Source of the DNA: Acidimicrobiia bacterium
Lineage (GTDB): Bacteria; Actinomycetota; Acidimicrobiia; Spongiisociales; UBA5794
Assembly (NCBI GenBank): GCA_026985095.1
Contig: JALSQW010000056.1
Location: 7,144-71,143 of the forward strand
DNA length: 64,000 nt
Direction of reading: 5' to 3'
The notes under the pieces were generated by a model. It had not been told where the DNA came from and did not search any database. It saw nothing but the letters and a program-made list of their open reading frames with translations. Shown here one piece after another: positions 10,276 to 20,301 of this stretch. Made by a program: the position numbers and the translations under genes. The first letter of the stretch is position 1, and each line of letters starts with the position of its first letter.

Positions 10276-12702
10276 ATGACGACCGGCGCTTCCTCATCGT
10301 CCGATCCGAGCACGCCCCTCCCGGCAGCTCCCGCCCCGGGGTTGTCCGCCGCTGCGGTGGCCGAACGGCGACGGGCCGGTCTCGTCAACGGCAGCCCAGC
10401 GCGAGGCTCCCGGTCGGTCGGGAGCATCCTCGCCGCCAACATCTTCACCCGCTTCAACGCCATCATCTCGGCGATGCTCGCCGTCGTGTTGACCTTCGGC
10501 AGGTTGCCGGATGCGCTCTTCGGTGGCGTCATGATCGTCAACGCCGCCATCGGCATCGTTCAGGAGCTCCGCGCCAAGCTCACGCTCGATCGCCTCCGGC
10601 TCATCGTCACGCCGACCATCGGCGTCGTCCGAGACGGCGAGGCATCGCAGATCCCGGTCGACGAGATCGTCCTCGGCGACGTGATGATCCTCCGTCAAGG
10701 AGACCAGATCCCGGCCGATGGAGAGGTGCTCGCCGCCGATGGGCTCCAGGTCGACGAGTCCCTCGTCACCGGTGAAGCCGACCCGGTCGATCGCGTCCCT
10801 GGCGATCCGGTGCTGTCCGGATCGTTCGTCATCGCCGGAAGCGCGTACGTACGGACCACCGCCGTCGGCGAAGCCGCCTACGCCCGCCGTCTGGCCGCCG
10901 AAGCTCGAGCGTTCTCCCTCGCTCGAAGCGAGCTGCGCGACGGGATCGACCGGATCCTCAGTTTCGTCACCTGGCTCATCGTGCCGACCGCCGCGCTGTT
11001 GGTGTGGAGCCAACTCCAGACCGGACACGGCGTGTCGGCCGCGGCGGTGTCGACCGTCGCCGGTGTCGTCGGGATGGTCCCGCAGGGGCTCGTGCTGCTC
11101 GTGTCGATGGCGTTCGCCGTCTCGGTGATCCGACTCGGTCGGCGCGATGCCCTCGTCCAGGAACTCCCTGCGGTCGAGACCCTGGCCAGGGTCGATCTCG
11201 TCGCCGTCGACAAGACCGGTACGTTGACGACCGGTCGGATGCGCGTCGACGCGGTGGAGCCGATCGACGTCGACCCGGACGAGCTGCGAGCGGTCCTGGC
11301 CGCGATCGCCGTCACCGAACCGCATCCGAACCCGACCCTGGCGGCGATCCGGAACGGCTACCCCGACGATCCGGGATGGACGATCACCGGTCGGGTTCCG
11401 TTCTCGTCACAGCGCAAGTACTCGGCGGTGGAGTTCGCCGGCCGCGGCGTGTGGCTCCTCGGGGCGCCGTCGAGCGTCGGAGCCGGACTGTCGGAGGAAC
11501 AGCGAAGGAGGGTCGCCTACCTGGCGTCCACCGGCCGGCGGGTCCTGCTCGTCGCCACGGCCGAACGCCTCCCGGACCCGTCGGGGCTGCCGGACGCGGT
11601 CGTGCCGGCGGCGATCGTGTCGATCATCGAAGAGGTGCGGGACGACGCCGAGGCGACGATCGCCTACTTCCTCGAGCAGCGGGTCCGTGTCAAGGTGATC
11701 TCGGGCGACGACCCCGGCACGGTCTCGGCGATCGCCACCAAGGTCGGGATCCCAGGGGCGGAGCGGGCCGTGGACGCACGGGACCTTCCCGCACCCGGGA
11801 CCCCCCAGCATCGGGAAGCCGCCGACCGGTACGTGGTCTTCGGTCGGGTCGTCCCCGAGCAGAAGCGGGACCTCGTCACGGCGTTCCAGGACGCCGGTCA
11901 CGTCGTTGCGATGACCGGCGACGGCGTCAACGACGTACCGTCGCTGAAGCGAGCCGACATCGGCATCGCCATGGGTTCGGGATCGCCCGCCACTCGGGCG
12001 GTGGCCCAGCTCATCCTCCTCGACGATCGATTCGCATCGCTGCCGGCGGTCGTGGCGGAGGGCAGGAGGGTGATCGCCAACATGGAACGGGTCGCCAAGC
12101 TGTTCCTCGCCAAGACCGTCTACGCCACGTTGCTGGCGATCGCCTTCGGCGTCGCGGTGCTGCCGTTCCCGCTGCTTCCGAGGCATCTCACGTTGATCGG
12201 GACCCTGTCGATCGGGATCCCCGCGTTCGTGTTGTCCTTCGAGCCGTCCAACGAGCCTGCTCGTTCGGGGTTCGTGGGTCGGGTGCTTCGTTTCGCCATC
12301 CCTGCCGGTCTGGTCGCGGGTCTGGTCGGATTCGAGACCTTCGTGATCGCCCGCAGCCCGTTCGTGCGGATGTCCCTGGAGGCGGCGCGCAGCGTCACCT
12401 CGATCACGCTGCTGGCGGTGGGGCTCCTGATCCTGCACGAGCTGATCGAGCCGCTGGACGCGTCCCGCCGCCGCCTGCTGGCCGCCTTGGTGACGGCCGC
12501 CGTCGCCGCCGTCGCGGTCCCCCCGGCCCGACGGTTCTTCGCTCTGGAGGTGCCCGATCTCGCCGGCGCGGCGATCGTCGTCGTCGGCGCGTTGACGTCG
12601 CTCGTCGCGTTGCACGTGGCGGTGGTCGCGGTGGCATGGATCGCGGATCGATGGTTCCCGGACCGGGCCGGACTCGAACGTGAGGTCCTCAGGAGCGGCT
12701 GA
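10276..12702 (+). CDS. cation-transporting P-type ATPase (HAD-IC family)
   Basis: DKTGTLT phosphorylation motif, TGES actuator motif, MTGDGVNDVPSLKRADIGIAMG hinge motif, and about 10 TM helices. Confidence 0.9.
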   Translation: MTTGASSSSDPSTPLPAAPAPGLSAAAVAERRRAGLVNGSPARGSRSVGSILAANIFTRFNAIISAMLAVVLTFGRLPDALFGGVMIVNAAIGIVQELRAKLTLDRLRLIVTPTIGVVRDGEASQIPVDEIVLGDVMILRQGDQIPADGEVLAADGLQVDESLVTGEADPVDRVPGDPVLSGSFVIAGSAYVRTTAVGEAAYARRLAAEARAFSLARSELRDGIDRILSFVTWLIVPTAALLVWSQLQTGHGVSAAAVSTVAGVVGMVPQGLVLLVSMAFAVSVIRLGRRDALVQELPAVETLARVDLVAVDKTGTLTTGRMRVDAVEPIDVDPDELRAVLAAIAVTEPHPNPTLAAIRNGYPDDPGWTITGRVPFSSQRKYSAVEFAGRGVWLLGAPSSVGAGLSEEQRRRVAYLASTGRRVLLVATAERLPDPSGLPDAVVPAAIVSIIEEVRDDAEATIAYFLEQRVRVKVISGDDPGTVSAIATKVGIPGAERAVDARDLPAPGTPQHREAADRYVVFGRVVPEQKRDLVTAFQDAGHVVAMTGDGVNDVPSLKRADIGIAMGSGSPATRAVAQLILLDDRFASLPAVVAEGRRVIANMERVAKLFLAKTVYATLLAIAFGVAVLPFPLLPRHLTLIGTLSIGIPAFVLSFEPSNEPARSGFVGRVLRFAIPAGLVAGLVGFETFVIARSPFVRMSLEAARSVTSITLLAVGLLILHELIEPLDASRRRLLAALVTAAVAAVAVPPARRFFALEVPDLAGAAIVVVGALTSLVALHVAVVAVAWIADRWFPDRAGLEREVLRSG

Positions 12703-14428
12703 TGCGGGCGGCCCGGTCGCGTTCGGAGCGTCGGAGGCGCCGTTCGATCGCTGCCAGGGTCCCGTCGTCCACCGGGAGGTCGAACGCTCCGGAGATCGCA
12801 GCGGCGAGATCGGCGCGATAGTCGTGGCCGTGGGCGCGGAACTCGCCGGGGACGACGTCGGCGGCGTTGTTGGTGTCCACGGCGGTGAGCCAGAACGTCG
12901 CCGCGGGAACCCAACGTTCACGGGCCGGCACGGAGGCGGGTCGGCCGTCCGTGTCGAGCCATGAGGGACGGTGGGTGAGGAGCGACACGTCGAACCGGGT
13001 GACCGGATCTTCGGGATGATCGAGGAACGAGTGGCACCATCGCCGACCCGATCGCCGGGCCTCCCGGATGGCCGCACCGTTGGTGAACCCGAGGGCGTAC
13101 GATGGGCCGACGGCGAGGGCCCGGTATCGCCACCTGCTGCGGTACGGCGTCCCCACCCACAGGGCGGCGGCGATGCCGAAGCGGTCGTGGCGGGCCGGTT
13201 CGGCATCGTCTTCGGCAAGGTCGAACGCGTCCTGACCGGTTCTGGCTCCCAGACTCTCTCCGTACACGACGAGTCGGGGTGGGGAGTCGAGGCCGTCGAG
13301 ACGATCGGCGATGGCTTCGAGGAGGGCGTGGTTCTGGCGCGCCCCGACGTGGACTCGGTCGGGGGACAGGACCGAGGGGCGCTTCCCGTATTGGATGGCG
13401 ACCGTGGCGACGTCGCCACCGGTCAGGTACTCGGCCGCTTCGACGGCGATCGGGTTGACGTACCCGGTCCCGGCCGGTGATGCGACGATGATCGTCGAGC
13501 GGGTGAAGGCGCCGGTTCGCTCGAGCTCGTCGACGGCGAGCTCGACGCGCTCGCCGACGGTGGGAGCCGATCCCACGCCGACGTAGACCCGGATCGGCTC
13601 GGCGACGGCGGTGCCGGTCACCTCGGCGATCCGTTGCCTACCGGCGGCTTCGGAGACGAACCGGCGTCCTTCGACGGTGAGGTCGTCGTAGGCGACGAGA
13701 CTTCCCGGGCCGCCCGACACGGTGGGTTGGGTCGGGGGTTCGCCGTACCCGGGCTCGACGCGGTCCTCGGCGGCCTCGGCCGCCTCGACGACCCTCCGAG
13801 CGGCTCCGACGATCGTCACGACGGTGGGGGCGACGGCGATCGGGCCGGTGGCGGCGAGCCACCTCGACGGACGGCCCCCCGCCGCGGCGGCGGATCGCTC
13901 GGCCATCCACCTCGCGGTCCACGTCTCGGTTTCGGTGAGCAGATCGACGGCGAACGAGAGCGCCGTGCCGGCGGCGAGCTCTCGGGCCGCGCCGCGACCG
14001 CGTCCGGCGCCGGTCGCCCGGTCCAGCGCCACCGCAGCGCCGGCGGCGCCGGCCGTCGACGCGGCGAGCCGCAGCGGGGAGGCGGTGAGGGGGGCCGCCG
14101 CCCGGGCCAGGGCGCCGGCGACGAGGCTCCATCCCAGCGCGCGGAACGCCACCGAGCGGAGGGGAACGGGGTCGGGTGGGGGGCGGAGACGGCTGAGGAC
14201 GGCGGCGCCGGCCAGTGCGCCGACGGCGGCGAACGGCCCGCCTGGGCGCAACCGGGGCGGGAGCAGCCGGAGGGAACGGGCGCCGAAGGCGGCGGCAGCG
14301 GCGGCGGTGAGCGTCGCGCCGGTGACCGCCAGGACCTGGTCGGATCGGTGCTTGGGCATCAAGGACGGCTGGAACGTCGACACCGCGGCGAGCAGTCCCA
14401 CGCCGAGGCGACCCCGATCCCTCGTCAT
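12689..14428 (-). CDS. membrane-anchored alpha/beta-hydrolase family protein
   Basis: N-terminal multi-TM region followed by an alpha/beta-hydrolase domain (VVYGESLGARTG nucleophile elbow). The start was chosen at the MTRDRG ATG to avoid overlap with the downstream gene. The longer ORF begins at 14497. Confidence 0.6.
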   Translation of the reverse strand: MTRDRGRLGVGLLAAVSTFQPSLMPKHRSDQVLAVTGATLTAAAAAAFGARSLRLLPPRLRPGGPFAAVGALAGAAVLSRLRPPPDPVPLRSVAFRALGWSLVAGALARAAAPLTASPLRLAASTAGAAGAAVALDRATGAGRGRGAARELAAGTALSFAVDLLTETETWTARWMAERSAAAAGGRPSRWLAATGPIAVAPTVVTIVGAARRVVEAAEAAEDRVEPGYGEPPTQPTVSGGPGSLVAYDDLTVEGRRFVSEAAGRQRIAEVTGTAVAEPIRVYVGVGSAPTVGERVELAVDELERTGAFTRSTIIVASPAGTGYVNPIAVEAAEYLTGGDVATVAIQYGKRPSVLSPDRVHVGARQNHALLEAIADRLDGLDSPPRLVVYGESLGARTGQDAFDLAEDDAEPARHDRFGIAAALWVGTPYRSRWRYRALAVGPSYALGFTNGAAIREARRSGRRWCHSFLDHPEDPVTRFDVSLLTHRPSWLDTDGRPASVPARERWVPAATFWLTAVDTNNAADVVPGEFRAHGHDYRADLAAAISGAFDLPVDDGTLAAIERRLRRSERDRAARISRS

Positions 14429-14441
14429 CGTGGGCGGGCCG

Positions 14442-14795
14442 TCAGTCCGGCGTGACGATCTGGAGCACCCACGAGACGAGGGCCAGGACGAGACCACCCA
14501 AGAGGGTCACGCCGAAGCCGGTGCTGGAGAGCCCCAGGTCCAGCGTGCTGCCGAGCCAGATGACGATCGCCATGAGGACGACGTTGAGGACGAGGGTGAA
14601 CAGCCCCAGGGTCATCACCCTGAGCGGGAGCGTCAGGAGCTTCGCGACGGGTTTGATGACCGCGTTGACGACGCCGAGGACGATCCCGAGCCCGAGCAGG
14701 ACCCAGATGCTGCCGTCGAAGTCGAGTCCGGGAACGAGCCAGACGGTCAACCAGACGGCCAGGGCGTTGACGACGAGCCGGATCAACAGTCTCAT
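14442..14795 (-). CDS. phage holin family 4 (DUF360-like) small membrane protein
   Basis: 117 aa with 4 TM helices. The LTLPLRVMTLGLFTLVLNVVLM pattern is typical of the Phage_holin_4_2 family common in actinobacteria. Confidence 0.6.
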   Translation of the reverse strand: MRLLIRLVVNALAVWLTVWLVPGLDFDGSIWVLLGLGIVLGVVNAVIKPVAKLLTLPLRVMTLGLFTLVLNVVLMAIVIWLGSTLDLGLSSTGFGVTLLGGLVLALVSWVLQIVTPD

Positions 14796-14875
14796 GCGCC
14801 GAGCCTAGCTGCGATCGGTGAGGTTCCCGGTCTCCCGCCGTCCACGACGAGTACGATGGACCCAGGAGGCTCCAG

Positions 14876-15190
14876 ATGCGACCGACCAAGCCGATCGTGC
14901 CGTCGTCCCGTCGACCGCCGCGGCGGGCGGTGAAGTCCCGCTACACGACCGCCGCTCCCGAACTCCCCGACGGCGTCGAGGTGACGACGAGCGGCGAGGC
15001 CCGGCGTCCCGGATCGGGCGGTGCCGGGGTGTCGGACCTTCCCGACGCGGGTCCCCCGGCGCCCGTGTCCCCTGCTCCTCCGTCGGTCCCCGAGGCGCCG
15101 CGGCGGGTGGTGGACCTGCGGGAGGCCCAGTGGGTCGTCGAGACCTCGGTGGACGGTTCGCGGTACCGACGCCGGGATGTCCGTCGCTGA
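14876..15190 (+). CDS. small hypothetical protein (104 aa, Pro/Arg-rich)
   Basis: An AGGAGG ribosome-binding site lies 7 nt upstream of the ATG. GC3 is high. It is convergent with the LCP gene. Confidence 0.45.
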   Translation: MRPTKPIVPSSRRPPRRAVKSRYTTAAPELPDGVEVTTSGEARRPGSGGAGVSDLPDAGPPAPVSPAPPSVPEAPRRVVDLREAQWVVETSVDGSRYRRRDVRR

Positions 15191-16672
15191 TCAGGAGCTG
15201 CCGGGCGGTTTCGGACAGACGTTGTTGAGGTTGTCGAGCCCGAGTTCGGTGACCGCCCGGTCGGGATCCTCGAGGACGAGCTGCACGTGTTCGTGGACGA
15301 GGTCGATGTTGGCGATCCGTCCCGGTTTCCCGTCGTCGCGGAACTTCAGGTGGTACTCGGGCGGGATGAACCGCACCGAGACGATGTTGTCCCGGTCGAT
15401 CTTCGGGAGCAGCTCGACGAGCTGGGGGAGGGCGTCGATCGGGATGTCGGTCTGGACGGTGTTCTTGACGACGTCGGCGAGCCGACCGAAGTTGAGGAGC
15501 AGGTCGGTGGGCTCGGTCTGGTCGAGCACCGCTTCGAGCACGCAGCGCTGGCGGTTCATCCGGAAGTAGTCGGAGTCCTGATGGCGGGTGCGGGCGTAGG
15601 CGAGGGCCTGCTCGCCGTTCATCTTGTGCTCGCCTGGTTCGATGACGAGTTCCCCGATCGTTCCGTCCAGGTACGGGTAGGCGTCGTCGACGATCCGTTC
15701 GGGCACGTAGATGTCGACCCCGCCGAGGGCGTCGATGAGTTCGACGAACCCGTCGAGGTTCACCAGCGCGTAGTAGTTGATCGGGATCCCGAGGAACTCC
15801 GAGACGACGCCCTTGACGGCGTTCACCGACGGCTCCTGGGGCCCGGGGAAGGCGTCGGGGTAGCGCTCGCCCATGATCCACAGTTCGTTGATGAGCTCCG
15901 GATAGCAGTCACAGTCCCAGATCCCCATGCCGTCGGGGAGCGGCGCGTAGGTCCAGTTGCGGGGGATCGAGAACATCGCGACGTCGCCGGTGGCGGGGTC
16001 GATGCTCACGGTGATCATGGTGTCCGTTCGGATGCCGGTGCGGCCGACACCGAAGTCGCCGCCGAGGAGGAGGATGTTGAGCCGGTCGAGTCCGTCCCAC
16101 AGCGGCGCCCCGGTCTGCGCCGGCTGGGTGGTCGTGGTCGACGTCGTCGGCGTGCCCGGCTCGGTGGAGACGGTCGTGCCGTCGGCGGGTGGCGTGGTGC
16201 TCGTGGTGGACGACGCCGGGGCGGCGGCGGGTTCGTCGGGACCGAAGACCGTCGTGATGAGGTTGTACTGCACCATGTCGTAGTAGCCGAAGACGACGTG
16301 GGGTGTGAACACGACGATGGCGAGTGCCCCGACCGCGGCTGCGACCGCGGCGCGGCTGGTCGCCCCGGCGGGACCGGTGCGGCTCGCGGTTCGGTAGGCG
16401 TCGTCGGCGGCCCACAGCCGGTAGGCGAGGAGCAGGATGTTGACGACCATCATCGCGGCCAGGCTGGTCGGTCGGACGAACGCGGTGAGCGCGGCCACCT
16501 TGTCCCGGAAGAAGAACGCGATGATCGCCACGATGACGGCGTCGACGACGTAGAGGCGGACGGCCTTGCGGCGGTCGCCGACGAGGAACTGGCCGAGCCC
16601 CGGGATCACGGCCGAGGCGAACGCCGCGAGGAACGGGTGGACGGTTGGTCGGGGGTCCGGTCGGGTGGTCAT
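15191..16672 (-). CDS. LCP (LytR-CpsA-Psr) family glycopolymer ligase with an N-terminal 3-TM extension
   Basis: LCP core motifs (LLLGGDFGVGRTGIRTDTMI..., YARTRHQDSDYFRMNRQR) and a Thr/Ser/Pro-rich linker. Confidence 0.85.
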   Translation of the reverse strand: MTTRPDPRPTVHPFLAAFASAVIPGLGQFLVGDRRKAVRLYVVDAVIVAIIAFFFRDKVAALTAFVRPTSLAAMMVVNILLLAYRLWAADDAYRTASRTGPAGATSRAAVAAAVGALAIVVFTPHVVFGYYDMVQYNLITTVFGPDEPAAAPASSTTSTTPPADGTTVSTEPGTPTTSTTTTQPAQTGAPLWDGLDRLNILLLGGDFGVGRTGIRTDTMITVSIDPATGDVAMFSIPRNWTYAPLPDGMGIWDCDCYPELINELWIMGERYPDAFPGPQEPSVNAVKGVVSEFLGIPINYYALVNLDGFVELIDALGGVDIYVPERIVDDAYPYLDGTIGELVIEPGEHKMNGEQALAYARTRHQDSDYFRMNRQRCVLEAVLDQTEPTDLLLNFGRLADVVKNTVQTDIPIDALPQLVELLPKIDRDNIVSVRFIPPEYHLKFRDDGKPGRIANIDLVHEHVQLVLEDPDRAVTELGLDNLNNVCPKPPGSS

Positions 16673-16799
16673 CGCGGCTCGGATGCTAGGTGGCAGCGTC
16701 GAGTATCCGGTGGTTCGTCTGTCCGGTGGTTCCTCGAGATGTCATGGAGATGTCCCGCCAGGGCGAGGCGGTCCGGTAACCTCGGCGGGTCCCGACCCC

Positions 16800-18734
16800 G
16801 TGTGGATCCGAGCCGTGACCGACGCCGACGTGAACCCTCCGCAGCGCAGCGGGCCGTCCCGCGCCAGGAACCGCTACGCGTACCTGACGCGCGACGGGAC
16901 GCTCGACATCGTTGTGGGCAGCTTCGTGGCCGGTGTCGCCGCCTACGTGTACCAGTTCGTCGGCGGTCGGGTCCTGGGGCCGCATGCGTTCGCGCCGATC
17001 GGGGCGCTGCTGACCGCCCACTTCCTGACGTTCGTCATCATCTTGTTGCCGATCGAGCAGTTCGTCATCCGGCGTCTGACGTTGGGGGCGCGGGGCTGGG
17101 TGGTGCCGTTGCGGGCCCAGGTGCTGGCGGCGGTGACGGCGATCGTCGCGGCGGGGGTGGTGTGGGCGACGTCCGATGCGTATTTCGAGGGCAACTCGGC
17201 GTTCGTGTGGTTCGTGGTCGCCACGGTGGTGCTCCACTTCTTCTTCGCGGTCGGTCGCGGCTATCTGGCGGGGTTCCGTCGGTTCCGCGAGTACGGCGTC
17301 GCCAGCGGCGGCGCTTCGGTGCTGCGGCTGGTCATGGCCGGGGCGATCGTGATGATCAGCCCGACGGTGGTGGGGTTCGCCTGGGCCCACATCCTCGGGC
17401 CGCTGATCATCTTCGTGTTCCGTCCCTTCCGGACGCCACCCGAGGCGCCCGCCGGCAGCCGGGGTCGGCTGGCCGACGAGCACGTGGCCGCGGTGGACGA
17501 ACGGGGCCTGTTGACCGGGTTGGTGCTGTCGTCGGCGGCCTCGCAGGCGCTGCTGTTGTCGGGTCCTCTGGTGGCGGGATGGCTGGGGGCCACCGCCGCC
17601 GAGTTCTCGATCCTGTACGCGACGTTGCTGCTGGCGCGGGCGCCGCTGACGTTCGGATACAACCTCCTCGCTCGGGTCCTGCCCCCGTTCACCGAGATGG
17701 CGGCTCGGGGCGAGCGCCCGGAGCTGCGGGCGTGGGCTCGGGGTCTGGCGATCGCCGGGGCGTTCCTCGGTGTCGTGGCTGCCGGTCTCGGGTACCTGTT
17801 CGGTCCTTCGATCGTGGCGCTGGCGTTCGGAGCGGGGTTCCGGCCGTCGGCGGTGGTCGCCGCCTTGGCTGCTGCCGGGGTCGTCTTCGCGGGTGCCGGG
17901 CTGTTTATCGGCCAGATCCTCGTGGCGCGGGGACGGGCGTCCCGTCTGGCGGTGTCGTGGGCGGTCGCGATGGCGGCCGCCGCGGCGACGCTGGCCGTGC
18001 CGTTGACCGATCCGGTGTTTCGGGTCGCGGTCGGGTTCGTGGTCGGCGAAGCCACCGCCCTGCTGGCGTTGGTGGGGGTGGCGCTGTTGCGGGATCCCCA
18101 GGAGGGGGCGATCTCGCACGGCTACCTGGTGATGAAACGCTCGATGGACATCGGGATCGCGGTGGCGGCGCTCGTGGTGCTGTCGCCGGTGCTGGCCGCC
18201 GCGGCGGTGGCGGTACGCCTCGACTCGCCCGGCCCGGCGTTCTTCCGCCAAGCCCGGACGGGGCGCGGAGGTGACGAGTTCTGGATGGTGAAGCTGCGCA
18301 CGATGGTGATCGACCACGACGAGGAGGTGTTCAGGGAGCATCTCCGCAAGATCCGGGAGTCGGGGGACGACGAGCCGTACACGATCAAGATCGACGACGA
18401 TCCCCGCATCACGCGGGTCGGGGCGCGGCTGCGGAAGTGGTCCCTGGACGAGCTCCCGAACCTGTGGAACGTCCTGCGCGGTTCGATGTCGCTGGTGGGG
18501 CCGAGGCCGCTGGTTCCGCAAGAGGCGGAGCTCGTCGGGTTGGACAACCCTCGGTTCACCGTCAAGCCGGGAGTGACCGGACTGGCCCAGGTGATGGGCC
18601 GCGACGAGCTGTCGATCGCCGAGCGCACGGCGTTCGACGAACGCTACGTCGCCGAGGCGTCGATCCGTCTCGACGTGGCGATCTTGTTCCGGACGCTGGT
18701 GGCCGTGTTCCGTCAACCGGGGAAGCAGGACTGA
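16800..18734 (+). CDS. fusion protein: PST/Wzx-like polysaccharide-biosynthesis membrane domain (about 430 aa) + bacterial sugar transferase (polyprenyl-phosphate glycosyl-1-phosphate transferase, PGT) domain
   Basis: The 16566..18734 frame is continuous with no stop. The N-terminal region carries the Wzx-like motif [14 protein letters not shown] and about 10-12 TM helices. The C-terminal 205 aa begin MKRSMDIG... and carry PGT catalytic motifs ([31 protein letters not shown]). The true start (GTG near 16800/16815) is uncertain because the ORF's 5' end overlaps the divergent LCP start. Confidence 0.65.
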   Translation: [644 protein letters not shown]

Positions 18735-18815
18735 GCGCCGATGCCCGGGGTGTCCCCCGAGCAGGGGCCGTCCGGGCTCGGGAATCCGCTCGATGCGGGG
18801 CCGGTTGGTCGTGCC

Positions 18816-19226
18816 ATGAGTGAGATCGCGACCTTGTTGAACGAAGGAGATCCGCTGATCGCGGTCGTTGGTGCCACCGACGACCCGACGAAGTACGGTG
18901 CCACGATCTACCGGGATCTGAAGCGGAAGGGATACCGGGTGGTGGCGGTCAACGACCGGCGTGACCGGGTCGACGGCGATCCGGCGTACCGGGACCTGCG
19001 GTCGCTTCCCGAGCGTCCCGACATCGTCGACATCGTGGTGCCTCCGGCCTCGGCGGCGGCGGTGGTGGAGGACGGGTTGGAGCTGGGTCTGGAGCGTTTC
19101 TGGCTTCAGCCGGGCGCCGAGTCGCCGGCGATCGTCGAGCGTCTGGTGGCTGCCGGGGTCGACCATCTCGTCAACGCCTGCATCATGACCCGGAGTCGGG
19201 TGCGCCGTGGCGACGGCGTCGGGTGA
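18816..19226 (+). CDS. CoA-binding domain protein (YccU-like)
   Basis: LIAVVGATDDPTKYGATIYRDLKRKGYRVVAVN matches the CoA_binding_2 fold. The start is taken at MSEIATLL. Confidence 0.65.
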   Translation: MSEIATLLNEGDPLIAVVGATDDPTKYGATIYRDLKRKGYRVVAVNDRRDRVDGDPAYRDLRSLPERPDIVDIVVPPASAAAVVEDGLELGLERFWLQPGAESPAIVERLVAAGVDHLVNACIMTRSRVRRGDGVG

Positions 19227-19321
19227 GGCATCGTTGCGGGAGCTTCGCCTCGGGGGCTCGCATGGTTCGGATCCCGGTCTATGATGGATGCCGTGGTAGG
19301 GGGTTCGTGTAGGGGGAACAC

Positions 19322-19969
19322 ATGGCAGTCGAGGATCTGCGAGCAGCTCTGCTCGCCGTCCCAGGGGTGGCGTCCGTCGAGGTGACGGAGGTCGCCGATT
19401 CCGAACCCGTGGTCCGTCTCTGGCTGGACGGGACCCGGGAGGCACCCGATGTGCAGCGTGACGTCGATCACGTGATCTCGTTGCGGGGGTACCGGCGCAA
19501 GGCCGTGCCTGAACCTGCCGCGGCGGTCGCCGAGCCGCCGGGCAACGGACGTCGCGGCGGTCTCGGGCGGGGTCTCGAGACGTTGATCCCGGTGGCGCTC
19601 GAAGAGGAGCCGCCGAGTCATCTGCATGCGGTGCCGCGGATCCGGTTCACGAAGCTGTCGATCGAGGAGTCCTCTGGTGGGGTGTCGGTACGCGCCATCG
19701 ACGCTTCGGGTCGGGAGCGGGCGGCGACGGTCCATGGCGACGGGGAGCGGGCGCTGCTCGATGCGGTGGCTGCGGCGGTGGCTGGGCTCCACGGCGTCTC
19801 CGCTCCGCGGCTGTTGGCGGTCGAGGAGCAGGCGCTGGCCGGGTCCGACGTGGTGACGGTCGTCGTCGAGCTGAACGACGGGTCCCGACGGGCCGGCGCG
19901 GCGGTGATCTCGGGTGGCAAGCCCTTCACGGTGGGCAAGGCCGTCGACGCTGCGCTGTCCGTGGACTGA
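19322..19969 (+). CDS. hypothetical protein with an internal ParB-box-like GRRGGLGRGLETLIP motif
   Basis: 215 aa with coding GC3. Its stop overlaps the next gene's ATG (TGATG). Confidence 0.5.
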   Translation: MAVEDLRAALLAVPGVASVEVTEVADSEPVVRLWLDGTREAPDVQRDVDHVISLRGYRRKAVPEPAAAVAEPPGNGRRGGLGRGLETLIPVALEEEPPSHLHAVPRIRFTKLSIEESSGGVSVRAIDASGRERAATVHGDGERALLDAVAAAVAGLHGVSAPRLLAVEEQALAGSDVVTVVVELNDGSRRAGAAVISGGKPFTVGKAVDAALSVD

Positions 19970-20301
19970 TGCCGCTCGAGGTCGTCTGTCCCGCCTGCGG
20001 CGAGTCCGACGACCTACGTGGGACCGGCGACGGCGATCGGATCTCGTTGGTCTGTGGCCGCTGCGGCCGCGAGTGGGAGCGTTCCGCCCGTCCGCGATGT
20101 TCGAGATGCGGGACGGAGGATGTGGAGCCGGTTCCGCTCGCCATCGTGGAGAAGGGCCGCGGGACGCAACTGTCGGTCGTCGGCACCCGCACGATCCATC
20201 TCTGTGCGAGCTGTGATGCCGAACGCCTCGCTCGGTACCACGCCAACCGCCCCAACCCGTTGATGCCCGATGCGCTCCCGACCCTCCCGGATGGCACGTA
20301 G
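19969..20301 (+). CDS. double zinc-ribbon protein (two CxxC...CxxC pairs)
   Basis: CPAC..CGRC and CSRC..CASC pairs. It is translationally coupled to the upstream gene. Confidence 0.5.
   Translation: MPLEVVCPACGESDDLRGTGDGDRISLVCGRCGREWERSARPRCSRCGTEDVEPVPLAIVEKGRGTQLSVVGTRTIHLCASCDAERLARYHANRPNPLMPDALPTLPDGT

Noticed and set aside
11407-13419. 670-aa minus-strand ORF
   Set aside because: It overlaps the P-type ATPase and the alpha/beta-hydrolase genes and is Ser/Pro/Arg/Thr-rich.
16566-16799. N-terminal extension of the 722-aa ORF back to TTG 16566
   Set aside because: It would overlap the divergent LCP start codon by about 100 bp. That stretch is Gly/Pro/Ser-rich and non-coding-like, so a downstream GTG start is preferred.
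15287-18274. 995-aa plus-strand ORF; also the 16686..19445 919-aa minus-strand ORF
   Set aside because: Both are off-frame or antisense to the LCP and Wzx-PGT genes, with extreme Arg/Gly/Asp low complexity.
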